64,000 bases of DNA from Mobula hypostoma (lineage: Eukaryota): contig NC_086097.1 in NCBI RefSeq assembly GCF_963921235.1, positions 167,898,001 to 167,962,000 on the forward strand. The letters run 5' to 3'. Shown one piece after another: positions 36,056 through 50,789 of the stretch. Below the pieces are notes generated by a model that saw nothing but the letters and a program-made list of their open reading frames with translations, was not told the origin of the DNA and made no database searches. The translations under genes were made by a program, and so were the position numbers. The stretch's first letter is position 1. The number at the start of each line of letters is the position of its first letter.

Positions 36056-36839
36056 TCTTTACGCATAAGAGCTCTGGAAACATGAGATACAAAGGCTGAC
36101 TGTTCTAAACTTCTGAACACATTGTTAAATCCCAGACAGCTCAATCAGAAGAGGAGACACTGCCTTTCGAGCATTAGGTGAGCGGTTTGGGTAGACTGAA
36201 GAATTAAAGTGACAGGCGGCGATAAACCGATGGTCATCTTTGCAGACTGAGCAGAGGGGCTCTGCAAAGCAGTCGCCCGGTCTATGAGCCACCTGCAGTT
36301 GCCTGGACTTCTGAAATAAATTGAGAAAATGGTAGAAATCCTTAGTAGCCTCGGTAGAGTGAGGAATTGTGTTTATGTCTCAGATCGGCCTTTTGTCTGC
36401 TGGAAGGTCGTTGATGCAACTTATTATGCTTTTTTTTCCTCTCTTCACAAATGCTGTCTGATTCATTGGGTATTTCTTTATGTATCAGAAAATCTCAGTC
36501 TAATTTCCCACAGCAGAGAAGTCCCGATGATGAGCTCTGACCTACTCTTTTTTTTTAAATACTGCTTTTTAAAAATGTAATTACATTGGAATTCCTTCAG
36601 TACCCTGGTGGGATTCCGAGTTGTGTTTTGATTAATAATCCAAGTATAGTAAAACAACGATAAGACTTTCATCCAGATCACAGTTCCCACACTCCTTTAA
36701 ACTCACCAGAGTCCCACTTCCAATGCTTCCTTTAACTTCACCAGAACCCTGCTTCCAGCACCACCTTTAAACTTAAGTTTACTAGAAAATTGATTGTGGT
36801 GCAATGTATCTTGTAAAAAGGTAAATTAAATGTGTCAGC

Positions 36840-37250
36840 AGGAATTCTGTAGGTGCTGGAAAACTTGGGCAACCATACAGAATGCTGGAGGAACTCAGCA
36901 GGTCAGGCAGCATCTATGGAGGGGAATAACCAGTCGGCATTTTGGACCATGGCCCTTCATCAGGACTGCCTATGAAAGGCGGGGGGTAGGGGAGTCAGAA
37001 GCTGGAATAAGAAGGTGTAAGTAGGGGAAGGAGTACAGGCTGACAGGAGATAGGTAAGACCAGGTGAGGGGGGCAGGGGGGTTGGAATTGTGTGAGAAGC
37101 TTGGAGGTCGTAGGTGGAAGAAGTAAAAGTCTGAAGAAGGAATCTGATAGAAGATCTATGGAATAAAGAGAAGGAGGTGAGGAACCAGGGGGAGGTGACG
37201 GGCAGGTAATGAGAGTGGGGGAGGTTGTGGAGAAGAGAAGGGGTAAGAAG
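36840..37250 (-). mobile_element. Penelope terminal repeat plus purine-rich 3' UTR with degenerate hammerhead (36932-36967)
   Basis: Similar to 57253-57640; AGTC-CTGATGA...AAAA-TGCC-GACT. Confidence 0.7.
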
Positions 37251-37658
37251 GCTTTTATTACCACAGGGACAAGCAGTAAGATTTTCATAGAAACAGTTGG
37301 GTGCATGTTAATAGATACTGTCAAGTGGGTGTGGGCTGTGGTTAAACATATAGTTCAGGCTTTTTTGCAAAATGATCCAAATACTGTGTTTGAATGACCT
37401 GCTTTAGCAAATCATAAGCCTTGGATTGATACTGCTTTAGTAATTTGATTCACAGACATTAATTTACGATGACTGTAAGAAAAATGTAAATATACTGTGA
37501 TTGTGACTTCAAGGAGTGATTATCAGCTGATTATACTGGTCATCTTGGAGACCAGATTTTAGTTTAAATTGGGCTGGGTTACTGGATTGATCTGAGAGAG
37601 CAATGTGGTGGTGTCAGGGACAAAGGGGCTATCAACCTATAACTGCATGCATGAATTC

Positions 37659-38130
37659 CAGACATCCCACCCTGCAAAAACTCATTTCAGGGAGGTAGCA
37701 CCATCAATTTGTGGGAGACTCCCGGAACTTCTGGGAGAGGTGGGATGTCTGCAATAGAGTAGCTCCTTAGCAGCTAGCCAGCTAGTTTAAATAACATTAG
37801 CTATGCTGTAATGACACCTGTTAAACTCACCTCAACATGTCTTTTACAGTCTTAACCCACCATGGACAATAGAAAAGTCACTGTTGCAAACAGTGCAGCG
37901 AGCAGCACTGTCATTATTTTGACCCCTGTTAGGCAGGGGTACACTTTAGGGTAGTCTGGGGTGACGTATGTTTTATATTTTCTTTTTTTGGAACACTCTG
38001 CCATGGTGCACTCTCGCTCTCTCTCGCGCTCTCTCTCTCGCGCTCACTCTCGCATGCTCTCTTTCTCTTGCGCTCTCTCTGTTTTGCGCTCTCTCTCACA
38101 CGCGCTTGCTCTCTCGCTGTCTCTGGGTGG

Positions 38131-38161
<31 letters not shown>

Positions 38162-38325
38162 GTGGTTGCTCTCGTGCTCACTCACTCGCTCTCTCTCACT
38201 CTCGCGCTGTCTAGCTCACTCTCAAAAAAAATTGATTTCCGTGATATATATAATTTGCGGGCATCAGGGAGCCACTATTAATATGCGGGAGACTCCCGGA
38301 ACTTCCAGGAGAGGTGGGATGTCTG
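37659..38325. mobile_element. TIR element with duplicated right end and internal (CT/CG)n tract
   Basis: TIR CAGACATCCCACC / GGTGGGATGTCTG flanked by GAATTC on both sides; extra right end at 37711-37751. Confidence 0.75.
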
Positions 38326-38734
38326 GAATTCATTGATATCAAAGCAGGTTAGTGGAAGTTACCGAGTATAAAGTCCTTCGGCCTATGTTGCCCAGCAAGC
38401 TAGTCCCATCGGTATAGATTAGTCCTTTGATCCTGAGAAAGGACAGGGGAGCACTTTTTCCCTAGCTACACACTTGCTCTTTTTATTCTAAAAAAATGAC
38501 AGGCGGCTCCTCAATCTTACATGTCAAGGATATTCATGGCCTCTTTGTGCCTTCATGATTTCTTTCTTAGTATTTTGTATACTCTCCATATTCCTCAAAG
38601 GGCTCACTTGATTCAATAACCTTTGTCATCCAAGCTCCAACATATATGATGTAAAATAATAATTTATCGTCTGACATATCATTTCCCTTCCCAATTGTTT
38701 TCTGTCCCTGCCACATGTTTCCTTTCTGTGATCT

Positions 38735-39065
38735 ATGGCATAGGTTGAATGGTACAGAGCCAGGATCTGGACCATTACTCCAGGGACATCAGTTCGAATC
38801 CCACAGCAGCCGCAAGTGAGCAAGTAATTAAATCTGAAGTAAAAGGCTAGGGTCATTCGTAGTGACCAAGAATCTCCCCGACTGTCATCTGTTTAGTTTA
38901 CTAATGTCCTTCAGGGAAGGAATGCTGTCACCTTTATGCAGACTGTTTGATGTGCAACTCCCCACCACATCAATGGGGTTCAATCTTAGCTACTTTCTCA
39001 TTTCAGTGGGAGTCAGAGTTAGTCACTAAATCCCAGCTCTCTCAATGATGACCAATTACCATGAA
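38735..39065 (+). mobile_element. Old tRNA-derived SINE
   Basis: AGTTCGAATCCC B box and AATGTCCTTCAGGGAAGGAA core. Confidence 0.5.
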
Positions 39066-42000
39066 AAGGAAAGCAAATAGAAAATGCTTTTTTGCACTTG
39101 TAAACAGGGTGCTCGAGTACCTTCAGAGGTCTCTCATCATTGTGTTACTAGGACTCAAGGGACTGAGTAATAAGGAGAGGTTAGATAGGCTAAACCTTTA
39201 CTCCATGGAATGTGGGAACTGAGGAGTGATCTTATTGAGGTATATGAAATCATGAGAGGCTTACAATACTGTACGGAAGTCTTAGGTACATATATATATA
39301 GCTAAGACTTTTATATGTTCCACTGTAGTGCTGCCAAGTTTCATGATATGTGAGTGATGCTAAACCTGATTCTGATATGGGTCTTACTGTGGACTGAGGT
39401 GGAAAGGGGGAAGGGAGAGGGGAGGGTGTGGGAAGCACCAGAGGAGCATTCTGTACTGATCAATAAACCAATTGTTTGGAATCAAATGACCTTGCCCGGT
39501 GTCTCAGGGCTTGGTGTGTCTGCACCTATGCCACCCATTCACCCCGACACTCCTTCTCTGCCACCTGTCCCAAGCCGCTCTTTATGTATGTGTGTCTAAC
39601 AATTTTGTATAGTGGACATTTTTCCAAGGTGGTGAATTCCAAGCTATAGGACAGAGTTCTAAATTAGAGCTGAAATGTTTAATTAGAACCTGAAGGGCAA
39701 CATGTGGGTGGTAGATATGTGGAACCAGCCACCAGAGGACATGTGTGAGGCAACTACTTTCAATATCTTTCAGGATATATGTATGACAAGAGTTTAGACC
39801 AGCTACTGGGATTTGGGATGGGTTTGTTCGAGCTGGGCAAGTATGACCTGAAGAGTATTTTCCATGCTGTACAACTCTGGGACTAAGGATAAAGCAGCAG
39901 GGAAGAAAACTTCTCTCGATGCATTTTCCCCAGATGGTTTTAATTTTTGTGATTCAGAGTCTGTTTTATACAGCAACAGAGTATCTTACTTGGAACTTCA
40001 ATTTCACTGCGTTTGGGGCACTGAGTTCATGCTTATATAATCTATGTATCACAGTTCTGTGACCTTTTCTTCATGACTGGTGGAGTTGGTTGTGAGCACA
40101 GCATCAGTGATTCCTAAAATGTGAAAATCTGATGATGTGTCAAAACTCAGAAGGGATGACCAAAATTGCTATATTGACATTCTTGTGTTTGAATGGTGTT
40201 TCTGCACAGAATTACCTGAAATGTTGTTAATCTCAGCATTAACTTCAAGAAGTGCTCCATGTTTTGAGTGAATAATGAGTTGTCACAAAAAGCTTACATT
40301 TTTCACACAACTGTCACTGCTTCCACTTATAAATCACTGGAGGAACAGTGGGTCAGGCAATATCTGTGGAGGGAAATGGACAAAGGACGTTTCAGGTTGA
40401 GAATCTTCATCTGGACTGATATGCAGTGGGGAGATAGCCATTATAACAAGGGGTGGGAAAGGAGTGAAGCAACATTATAGGACAGATGTGGATAATTTGG
40501 AGTTGGCATAGAAGAGGTTTACTAAAACGCTGCCTAGATTAGAGAATATGTGCTGTAAGGAGAGGTTGGACAAACTTGTGTTGGAATGACGGAGGCTGAG
40601 AAGAAACCTGATATTGATTTATAAGAGTATGAGAGACATAAATAGACAGTTCGTATCATTTTACCAGAACTAAAATGTCTAGTACCAGAGGGAATGCATT
40701 TAAGGTGAGAGGAGGTAAGTTCAAACAAGGTGTGCAGGGTAAGGATTTTATATATTGCCTGTAATGCACTGCCAGGGCTAACTCTGAAGACAAACATGAA
40801 TAGGGTACTCAAGAGGCTCTTTGATAAGTACGTGAATCTTCATGAAATGGATGGATGTGGATACTGTGTTTTGAAATGGAATAGTTTAGTGAGCATTTGA
40901 TTGCTAATTTCATTAGTCTGCCACAAAATTGTGGGCCAAAGGGGCTGTTCCTTGTTGCACCCTTCTCTGTTCTGTGCTGTAAGAGCTAGCAGGCAATGGG
41001 TGAACCTGCTACGCTCCTGCAGTTTGACCATCTTTGACAATGCTTCCCTTCAGCGAGATGTTCCACATTGTGAGGGTACTGATGCACCAGGAATGACATC
41101 ACTTTGCTGCTGCCAGTTATTCTCAATTGATGGTGCTCAAGCCAAAACTATTGTCCTGGAGTTTATTTCCTCTTCTCATTCTATTCATAATAGTCATCAC
41201 AGTCTTTCAGCATAGTCTTTGCACCTCTGGAATCATTAGTTATGGTCGCTAATGCTTCATAAGCATTCTATTTTTTATGGTGTGGCAAATGTGGTTTCTC
41301 TCGAGTATCATGTGATTTCACATCCTGTTGTATCCTTCCAATCTCTAGCTGAGAATGGCTCCGAATGCATGTTAAATGGCATGAGCACAGTCCTGGCTGT
41401 TGCCGTCTCAGCAGTTTATGTCACTCTGAGCAATTTTCAAAAATATGTTTCCCATCAAGTTTGGTCACTGACAGGGCTGATGAGCGGGTAGTTTCATTGT
41501 GCTGGAATTCCAAAACACTGGATTGAAAATCAACCCTCTGAATGGTACTCCCACAAAGAAACTGTGCTTCCATCCTCATTGCCAGCATTAACTGCAAGTG
41601 CTGAGCCTTTTGATAAGCAAGATTAATTAAACAAACATGTTACGTACATTAGAACAAATAGCTGCTTTCTTTATTTCTACACGCTAGATGACGAGTCTTC
41701 TCCAAATTGCCTTAAAGAACGTACACACATAGTGGAAAATTATCACTGTCACACGATGGCTGCCTTCCAACAACCATCATCTCTTGTGCAATTCCACCTA
41801 GTTTTCCCCTGATTCCCATTGACCTTTGTTTCATCCGGGCTCCTTGACATCTCACATAGCCTTGAGATCAGGGATAGTTGATGACTTCTCAACTCTTTAG
41901 CCCAGATTTGAACCAAGGCTATAAAAAGATCAAAATTTAAGCTATATCTTGGAGAGCAGGTTGTTGTTGAGGCTATGCTGCGGGAACATGTACCAACATA

Positions 42001-42930
42001 ACTAGAAAATCACTCATAAAATTTTAAAAATCAAAGTTTTGTGAAACTTGTACCTGCTTAAAAGGTGAAAGTTGACTATTAACCAGTCTCGTTTGTTTTA
42101 CTGTGTATCTCTGGCTTTGTTTGAGCACTTCCTTTCTTGCCATTTTGTTCAGCCTTTGAGAGGGACCAGAGCGAGAAAGATTGTCAAAAACAAAATTGAT
42201 CGCAGAAATCCAGTCAGCTCACCCTTCTCAATATTTGCATTAAAACATTTGCAGCTCTGCCAGCCCTTTTATGGGAATAATATTCTCTCGAGCATTGAGC
42301 TGGAGGGATTGTTTTGGAACTAAAACCACCCTCAACTGCTTCATTCCACCTTGTCCTTGTGTTGTGTAAAGGAAAGATTATCCTGGTGATTCCAGCAGTG
42401 AATAGCAAAAGAAAACACAGGAAAACGAGACATGGGCTGCCCAATCTGGTTTTTATTTCATTCACTTGTGGAGAAATTTAGCAATCCTAGAAATGTTTCC
42501 CAGACGAAATTCTTAAGATGCACTTCCCATAAAATGATTGTGATTGAGATCAGCAGTTATTGTTTGGAGTGATGATTCATAGTGCTTTCCTTTTGCAGTT
42601 CATGGTTTTAATTCTTAAAAAGGGAGAGAAGACCTTTGTACAAACAAAGAGTGATTGTTAAAGTGGGGCTGTGAACCTACAGGTAAAAGAAAGATTATGA
42701 CAGCATTTTAATGGCACTGTTAAATCTCAGGATTGGCAAGGGTGCTTTTGCATATTGTGGTCAGGTTTGGTCACACTGCTACAGAAATGATACTATTAGG
42801 TTGGAAAGGATTGTGAGAATGTTGCCAGGACCTGAGGAACTGAGTTATAGGGGGGAGGCTGGGCAGGCGAGGATTTTTAATCTCTGGATTTTAAGGGGCA
42901 GTGGGGTGATTTTATAGAGGTGTATCATAA

Positions 42931-43228
42931 GTGCGTGGCCAAGTGGTTAAGGTGTCAGTCTAGTGATCTGAAGGTCGCTAGTTCGAGCTTCAGCTGAGGC
43001 AGCATGTTGTGTCCTTGAGCAAGGCACTTAACCACTTGCTCGGCAACGACACTGGTGCCAAGCTGTATCAGCCCTAGTGCCCTTCCCTTGGACAACATTG
43101 GTGGCGTGGAGAGGGGAGACTTGCAGAACAGGCAACTGCCGGTCTTCCATACAACCTTGCCCAGGCCTGTGCCCTGGAAACCTTCCAAGGCACAAATTCA
43201 TGGTCTCACGAGACTAACGGATGCCTAT
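42931..43228 (+). mobile_element. tRNA-derived SINE inserted in a CR1 fragment
   Basis: GTGGCCAAGTGG A box, AGTTCGAGC B box, GTCCTTGAGCAAGGCACTTAACC core. Confidence 0.8.
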
Positions 43229-43269
43229 GTAAAACCATGAGGAGATTGCAGAACTTTTAGAAGAGAAAA

Positions 43270-46200
43270 CCAAGATGGAAAGGGGGAGTCAGACCTGAAT
43301 ATTAAGGATGGGGTAAAAGCAGCAGAAAGAAAATGATCTTAATAAATCAAGATGCAAAATCAGCTTGAGTTGAACTAAAAATAAAGGCAAGTAATAATTG
43401 TGGGAGTGGTCGATAAACCCTCAAAACAAGGCAATGCAAGGCATAGTATCAATCAGGAAATATCGAAGGAAATATCAAAGGCTAATGGAATAATCATTAG
43501 GGAATAGAATCTGATATGGATTAAGCAAACCGCCCCGTCAGAACTAGTGTGGAAGACAAATTCACAGCATATATAAGGGATCATTTTTGAGAATGTTGTG
43601 AAGAGGCTAGTTAAATCTTAGCAATGAGAATGGGTTAATTATATTTAAATGGTTAGGGAACTTTAGGGAAAAGTGATTATAAAATAATGGAATTTTATAT
43701 AAAGATCTGAGAGTGATTTAGTTAATCTAAAACCAGGGTCTTAAATCTAAGTAAGACAAACTATAAAGGTATGATTCATGAGTTGGCAGTAGTAGATTGG
43801 GAAATAATATTAAAAGATATGGCAGAACAAGCATAAAATAACAGAAGGGCTACAGCTCAAAAAGAGGCCACTTGGTTCATCATTTCATTATTGGCTGTCT
43901 ATCAGATCAACTCAGGTCAATGACTGCCTTTTAAAAGCATTTATACATTGTTTAAGGCACAAAATCCAAAATGAAAATGTGGTGCGGCCATGGCTAACAA
44001 AAGATAAAAGTAAGGACATATAATGTTTCTAAAAAAAAAGGGCCTTAAGCGTGATTCAGATTATTTCAGATTTTATTAAGAAACAAGAAATTGTCAAGAA
44101 AAGAAAATAAGAATAATATAGGAATAATTTAGTGAGAAACAGAAGCAGATTTGTAATGCTTCAACAGACTTGTAAGAAGGAAAAGTAACAAAGAATAATA
44201 TGGGTATGTCTCAGACTGGGAGAGGAGAAATTATATTAGAGAATGAGGAGACTTCGGAGAAACATTTAATTGCTGTCCTTGTGGAGGAAGACAGAAAATA
44301 CTTTGGAAATAGTGCCAAACGTCAGATCAAGAATCAACGAGGAACTGAAAGTAATTAAAGGGAAAAAAAAGTGATGGTGGAATTAATAGAGTTGAAAGCA
44401 GATAAATCTTAAGGATTTGGCATCTCATGCCAAGGTTTTGAGAGACGGTTAAGGAGGTTGTACCTGACACTATCTAAAATCCTGCAAAGGCTACAACAAT
44501 GTCCATAAGTCAGAAGGCAGCAAATGAAACTCCACAATTTAAGGAAGTAGTAAGAAAACAGGAAATACAGACATTATGCAGACACCAGGAATACGAAAAT
44601 GCAAGGATCTGTTATTAAAGAAATATCAAGGTATACTTAGAAAATATTAGGACTGTGTATTTATGAAAAGGTGTCATGTTTGCAAATTTGCAATAAATTT
44701 CTAAGATTGCAACTAGTTGAATACAATATACAGAACCAATGAATATGGTGTATAGGACTTTCAGAAGGCCTTTGATAAGGTCCCACACAAGACATTATCA
44801 AATAAATTTGGAGTTCACGAGATTTTAGGAAGTATACTGGTGTAGATTGAGGATTGATTTACAGGCAGAAAACAGAGAACAGAATTAAACGAGTCACCTC
44901 ATGGCTGGGAGGCCGATAATATTGGATTCCAGAGAGATCGGTGTTGTTTTCCCAGTTGTTCTCAACCTCCAAAAGAGGACTAAGAGTTTGCTGACCATAC
45001 AAAGTCAGGGCACTGCCTGGTTTGTGAGGAGGATTCGGAGGACATTCAGATGGCTGTAGATAGAGTGAAGAGAAGGGCCGAGGACATGGCAGGTGGGATA
45101 CAGTTTTAAAAGATATGATCATCTAGATTGATAGAAAAAATGGAAAGACTTTTTTGATATAGTGAGAAAGTGAACGGTACTAGTGTTCAGAGAAATCTAC
45201 AGGATCTTATGAATGAATCACTGGAAGTTAACGTTAGGTAGCCAAACATTGATTTCTGTTGCTAGGTGATGAAAGGCATCTTGCTGCAATTGGATCTTGG
45301 CATAAAGCATGCAAATCTGATATGGAAGGATACTTGTGTTAAAGAGAGTGCAATGCAGGTTCACAAAATTGATTCCTGGGATGGCATGTTGGTTCTATGA
45401 AGAGAGATTAACTAGATTGGACAAAGACAGGGGTTCCCAACCTTTTTATGTCATGAAGCCTAACCATTAACCAAGGGGTCCGTGAACCACAGTTTGGGAA
45501 CCCCTGCTCTATAAGAAAGAGAGGTGAACTCACTGATTCTCTAAACCCAAAAGGAATTACAAAGAGGTGTGAAAACAGCATAGTCCATCATGCAAACTTG
45601 CCTCCCTTCCATTGACTCCATCAATACCTCCTGCTGCCTCAGGAAAGCACCCAACATGATCAGAACCCCCCTCACCCCAGCCACTCGCTCTTTTCCCTTT
45701 TCCTGTCAGGCAGGAGATACAAAAACTCGGGAACACGTATCATTAGGCGCAACAACAACTTCTGTCCTGCCTTGTATTTTATTTAGAGCTCGAGCACGGA
45801 GCAGGCCCTCCCAGCCCTATAAGCCACAGTGCCCCATGGCACCCAACCGCCCCGATTTAACCGTAACCTAATCACGGGACAAATTACAGTGACCAATTAA
45901 CCTACCTGGAATGTCGTTGGACTGTGGGAGGAAACTGGAGGAGACAGAGAAAATACATGCTTTCCATGGGGAGACTCCTTACAGAAGGCACCAGGACTGA
46001 ACTCTGAACTCTGACTCCCCTAACTGTAATAGCATTGTGCTAACCACTACTGTCAGACTCTTGAACAGACCTCTCATATGCTAAAGGTGAATCCTCGATC
46101 TCCCAATCTACCTGGCCGTGGCCCTTGCACCTCATTTGTCTGCCTGCACTGCACTTTTTCTGTAACTGCAACACTATTCTGAATTCTGATTTCTTTTATA

Positions 46201-46680
46201 TTAACTCGATGTACGTTTATAATAAAATGCGGTGTGATCAGCCTGGATGACGTGCGAGCAGAAGTTTTTCACTGCATCTCAGTACATGTGACAATAAAAA
46301 ACCAAATCCAGTTCCAATAAGCTATACGTTACACAGTAAATGTGAGGATGATGGTTCTGTAGACTAGAATATCCAGAAGCAGGAACCATGGTTTCAAAAT
46401 AAGGAACTAGATATTCAGGACTGAGAAAATTAAAGGGTTTCCTCAAGGAGAGTGCAGTGGATCTTTAGAGTTCTCTACCCAAGTGGGCAGTCATACTCAG
46501 TCACTGAGTATATTCATGACAGAGACTGACAGATTTTTAAATATTAAGGGATTCACTATAGTCTAGGAAAATGGCATTGAGGTAAACAATCAGCCATGAT
46601 CTCATTGAATGCTGGGAGGGGCATGAGGGACTAAATGACCTATGTAAGGAATAGAATCTCATGTTTCTTTTTCTTACATT
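43270..46680 (+). mobile_element. Highly decayed CR1 ORF2 with nested insertions
   Basis: DFQKAFDKVPH (about 44760), KFAD-like and 3' tail remnants; interrupted by a MITE, a Rex1 tail (about 45560-46310) and an HE1-like SINE (about 45775-46050). Confidence 0.7.
45428..45506. mobile_element. 79-bp hAT/Charlie-like MITE
   Basis: 13-bp TIRs CAGGGGTTCCCAA / TTGGGAACCCCTG; no clear TSD. Confidence 0.7.
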
Positions 46681-47069
46681 CTTGTGAATGGACTTATGTA
46701 CCATAACCATTCTGTGATTCCATCAGGGAACAGAATTTATCCTTTGTTAGATAAAGCTCTCAAGGAGTTTGGTGTTCAGCTTTGCCTGGCTGTGGATGAA
46801 TTCCAAAGCTGTTTTCCATTACTTCTGGGTAGTTAAACCCGTAACCATGTTTGCCTCTCGCCCTCTCCCACTTTACTGTATTCCAGCAGCAAAGTGAATT
46901 TTAACCCTAGAGTGAGCAGATTACTGCCTGAAAGCTGTATGACAGGGATTGTAATTACTTGTTTTGCACAGACTGGAGTAGCACCCCAATCTTGATATCT
47001 TGAGCAATGACAATCAAGTTCTATTCTATTCTATCCCAGTGCTCACTGGGAACCTACCCTGGTTGGTCC

Positions 47070-50000
47070 TCACAAAGTGTAACACCTCACACTTGTCTGC
47101 ACTGAATTCCATCTGCCATTTTTCTAGCTGGTCCAGATCCCACTGCAAGCTTTGATAGTCTTCTTCGCTGTCCACTACACCCCAATCTTGGTGTCATCTG
47201 CAAATCTGGTGACCCAGTTTACCACATTATCATTTAGATTGTTGATGTAGATCACAAACAGGAATGGACCCAGCACCAGTCCCTGTGGCACACCACAAAC
47301 CACAGGCCTCCAGTCAGAGAGACAACTATCTATAACTGCTGTCTGACTTCTTCTGCGAAGCCAATATTCAATCCAAATTAATCCAACTACCTCATCTGAA
47401 TACCAAGTGACTGAACCTTCTTGACCAATGTCCCTTGCAGTACCTTGTCAAATGCCTTGCTAAAGTCCATGTAAACAACATCCACTGCCTTACCTTCATC
47501 AACTTTCCTGGTAATTTCCTCAAAATACTCTATAAGATTCGTTAGACACAACCTGCCACAGACAAAGCCATGTTGTCTCTTCCTAGTCAGTCTCTGTCTA
47601 TCCAAGTACTTATATATCCGGTCCCTTAGAATATTTCTAAAAACTTTCTCACTTTTGTTGCCAAGTTCACTGCCTATAATTTTCTTGGCTTATTCTTAGA
47701 GCCTTTCTTATACAACAGAACAGCATTAGCTATCCTCCAGTCCACTGGCACCTCACCTGTGCGTAAAGATGTTTTAAATATCTCAGCGATGGACCCTGCA
47801 ATTTCTGCACTAGGCTCTCACAGGGTCCAAGGGAGCACATTGTCAGGCCCTAGGGATTCATCTACCCTAATTTTCCTCAAGACAGCAGACACCTCCTCCT
47901 CTGTAAACTGTATAGGGTCCATGACCTCGCTACTGCTTTGCCTCACTTCTATAGACTCTGTGTCCGTCTCCCGAGTAAATACAGATGCAAAAATTCCATA
48001 TAAGATCTCCCCACTTTTTTCAGCTCCATGTATAGATTACCACTCTGATCTTCCAGACAACCAATGTTGCCCTTTGCCATCCTTTTGCTCTTTATATGCT
48101 GTATCAGTAGAAGACCTTAGGATTCTCCTTCACCTTGCTTGCTAGAGCAATCTCATGTCCACTTTTAGCCCTCCTGATTTCATTCTTAACAGTTCTCTTG
48201 CAGTTCTTATACTCCTCAAGTATCTCATTTGTTCCTGCCTGTCTGTACCTGCTATGCACCTCCTCCTTTTTCTTAACCACGGTCTTAGTATCTCTCAAAA
48301 ACCAAGATTCCCTCAACCTGTTATCCTTGCCTTTTATTCTGATAGGAACGTGCAGACTCTGTACTCTCAAAATTTCTCTTCTGACAGTGTCCCACTTACT
48401 AAGTTCATCTTTGCCAGAAAAGCAACCTGTCCCGATCTACACTTGATACCACCAATTTAAAATCTCAACCCACAGACCAGACCTATCCTTTTCCATAATT
48501 ACCTTGAAACTAATGGAATTATGATCACTAGATGTAAAGTGTTCCCCTACATAAACCTCTGTCACTTGCTCTGTCTCATTCCCTAATCTAGTATTGCACT
48601 CTCTCTAGTTGGAACTTCTATGTACTGATTAAGGAAACTGTCCTGAACACATTTGACAAACACTTTTCCATCCAGCCCTTTTACAGTATGGGAGTCCCAG
48701 TCACTATGTGGAAAGTTAAAATCACCTACTGCCACTACCTTACAGTTTGCAATCTCTCTATAAAGTTGCACCTCTACTTTTGGTTGGTCTATAATATAAT
48801 CCCATTAATGTGGCCATACTTTTCTTATTCCTCAGTTCTACCCATAAAGGCTCACTAGACAAGCTCTCCAGTCTGTATGACTGAGCACTTGTGACATTTG
48901 AAAATGTGACATTTTCCCTGACTGGTAATGCCACACCTCCTCCTCTATCACATCTAAAACAATAGAACCCCAAAACATTGAGCTGCCTGTCCTGCCGCTC
49001 CTGCATCCAAGACTCACTAATGGCCACAAAGTCATAATTTCATGTGTTGATCAATGCCCTAAGCTCACCTGCCTTTCCTACAATATCCTTTGCATTGTAA
49101 TATCCGCAGCTCAGAACATTAGTCCCACCATGCTCAACCTTTTGATTCCTAACTTTGTGTGTAACAACACCTTTCTCCACAATCACTCTCCATTGTTTTC
49201 GCACTCTTGTTCCCATCCCCCTGCATCTCTAATTTAAACCGTCCCGTGCAGCACGAGCAAATCTTCCCACTAGGGTATTAGACTCCTCCCAGTTCAGGTG
49301 CAAACCATCCCTTCTGTGCAGGTCCCACCTTCCCTGGAAGAGAGCCCAATGATCCAAAAATCTGAAGCCCTTCCTCCTGCACCAACTCCTTAGCCACATG
49401 TTAAATTGTATGATCTTCCTATTTCTATTCTCACTAGCTTGTGGCCCGGGTAGCAATTCTGAGATCACAACCCTGGAGGTCTTGTCCTTTAACTTAACAT
49501 TTAACTCTCTGAACTTACTTTGCAGGACCTTGTCACCCCTCCAATCCATGTCTTTGGTACCATCGTATTGTAGACCATGACTTCTGGCTGCCTACCCTCC
49601 CACTTAAGAATACTGTGGACTTGATCTGAGATGTCCCCATCTCTGGCACCCAGGAGGCAACAAACCACCCAGGAATCTTGTTCTCATCCACAGAACCTGC
49701 TATCTGCTCCCCTAACTAACAAATTGTTTTATCACCACTGCTCACCTCTTCTCCCCTCTTTCCTTCTGAGTCACAGAGCCAGACCCAGTGCCAGAGACCT
49801 GGCCACTGTGGCTTTCCACTGCTAGGTCCCCCACCCCATCCCAACAGTACCCAGAGTGGTATACCTGCTGTTGAGGAGAACAATCACAGGGATACTTTGC
49901 ACTTGCTGCCTATCCTCTTTCCCCTTGCTAATGTCACCCAATTACCTGTGTCCTGCACCTTGGTTGTAACTACCTCCCTGTATGTCCTATCAATCAACCC

Positions 50001-50290
50001 CTCAGCCTCCTGAGTGATCTGGAGTTCATCCAGTTCCAGCTCCAGCTCCTCAACACATTATCTCACAAGCTGTAGCTTGATGCACTTTTTTTAGGTGTCG
50101 TCGTCAGGGATATGGGAGGTCTCCCTGCCTTTCCATATCCCACAAGAGGAGCATTTCAGTATCCTGTCTGTCATCCCCACTGTTCTAAATAAAGAATAAA
50201 TAACAAAAAAAATCTACCTATGCCCTGCACCTCTCCTTTCCTAAGCCTCGATGAGCCAAAGCCTAAACTCTCCACTCCAACTCTGGCCCA
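47070..50290 (-). mobile_element. Large decayed CR1 LINE (ORF1 Zn-finger/leucine zipper and SGNH esterase, APE, RT to motif C)
   Basis: KCIKLQL/ELELELDEL, WCRRKGFRFLDHW...RDGLHLN, AISESW, YYRP, VGDFNFP, QHGFVCGRLCLTNL, YMDFSKAFDKV, FADDTK. Confidence 0.93.
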
Positions 50291-50789
50291 CTCACACAAT
50301 AGCCACTCCTCTTAAACCTAACTTCTTTTTATTGATCCTTGCCAAGTGCCTAATTTTACACAATCTAATATCTCCTCAGCAACTAAGTCACTCAAAAAGT
50401 GCCAACTGTCCCTGCTCACTTCTTATAAATTCTATCTGCTTCTGTGCAATCCAGTCTGCACTCAGGACTGTGGTATGCCAAATGTGCCGACGGCCTCTTC
50501 TCACTTCTTTTAAACTCTCTCTCCCTCTTCTCAATCCAGTGTCTCCTCGGGACTGTGACACACAAAAAAACGATGAGAGACATAGATAGGATAGATGGTC
50601 AGAATCTTTTTCTCTGGATAGAAATGTTAAGTACTGGAGAACATGCAGGAAAAGAGAGTTAGGGACGGTTTTAAGAGAATGTGTGGAGCAAATTTTTTTT
50701 TTACACAGTGAGTGGTAGGTGCCTGAAGCAGCCTGCCAGTGGTAGTGGTGGAAGCAGATATGATCGTGGCATTTAAAAGGCTCTTCATG

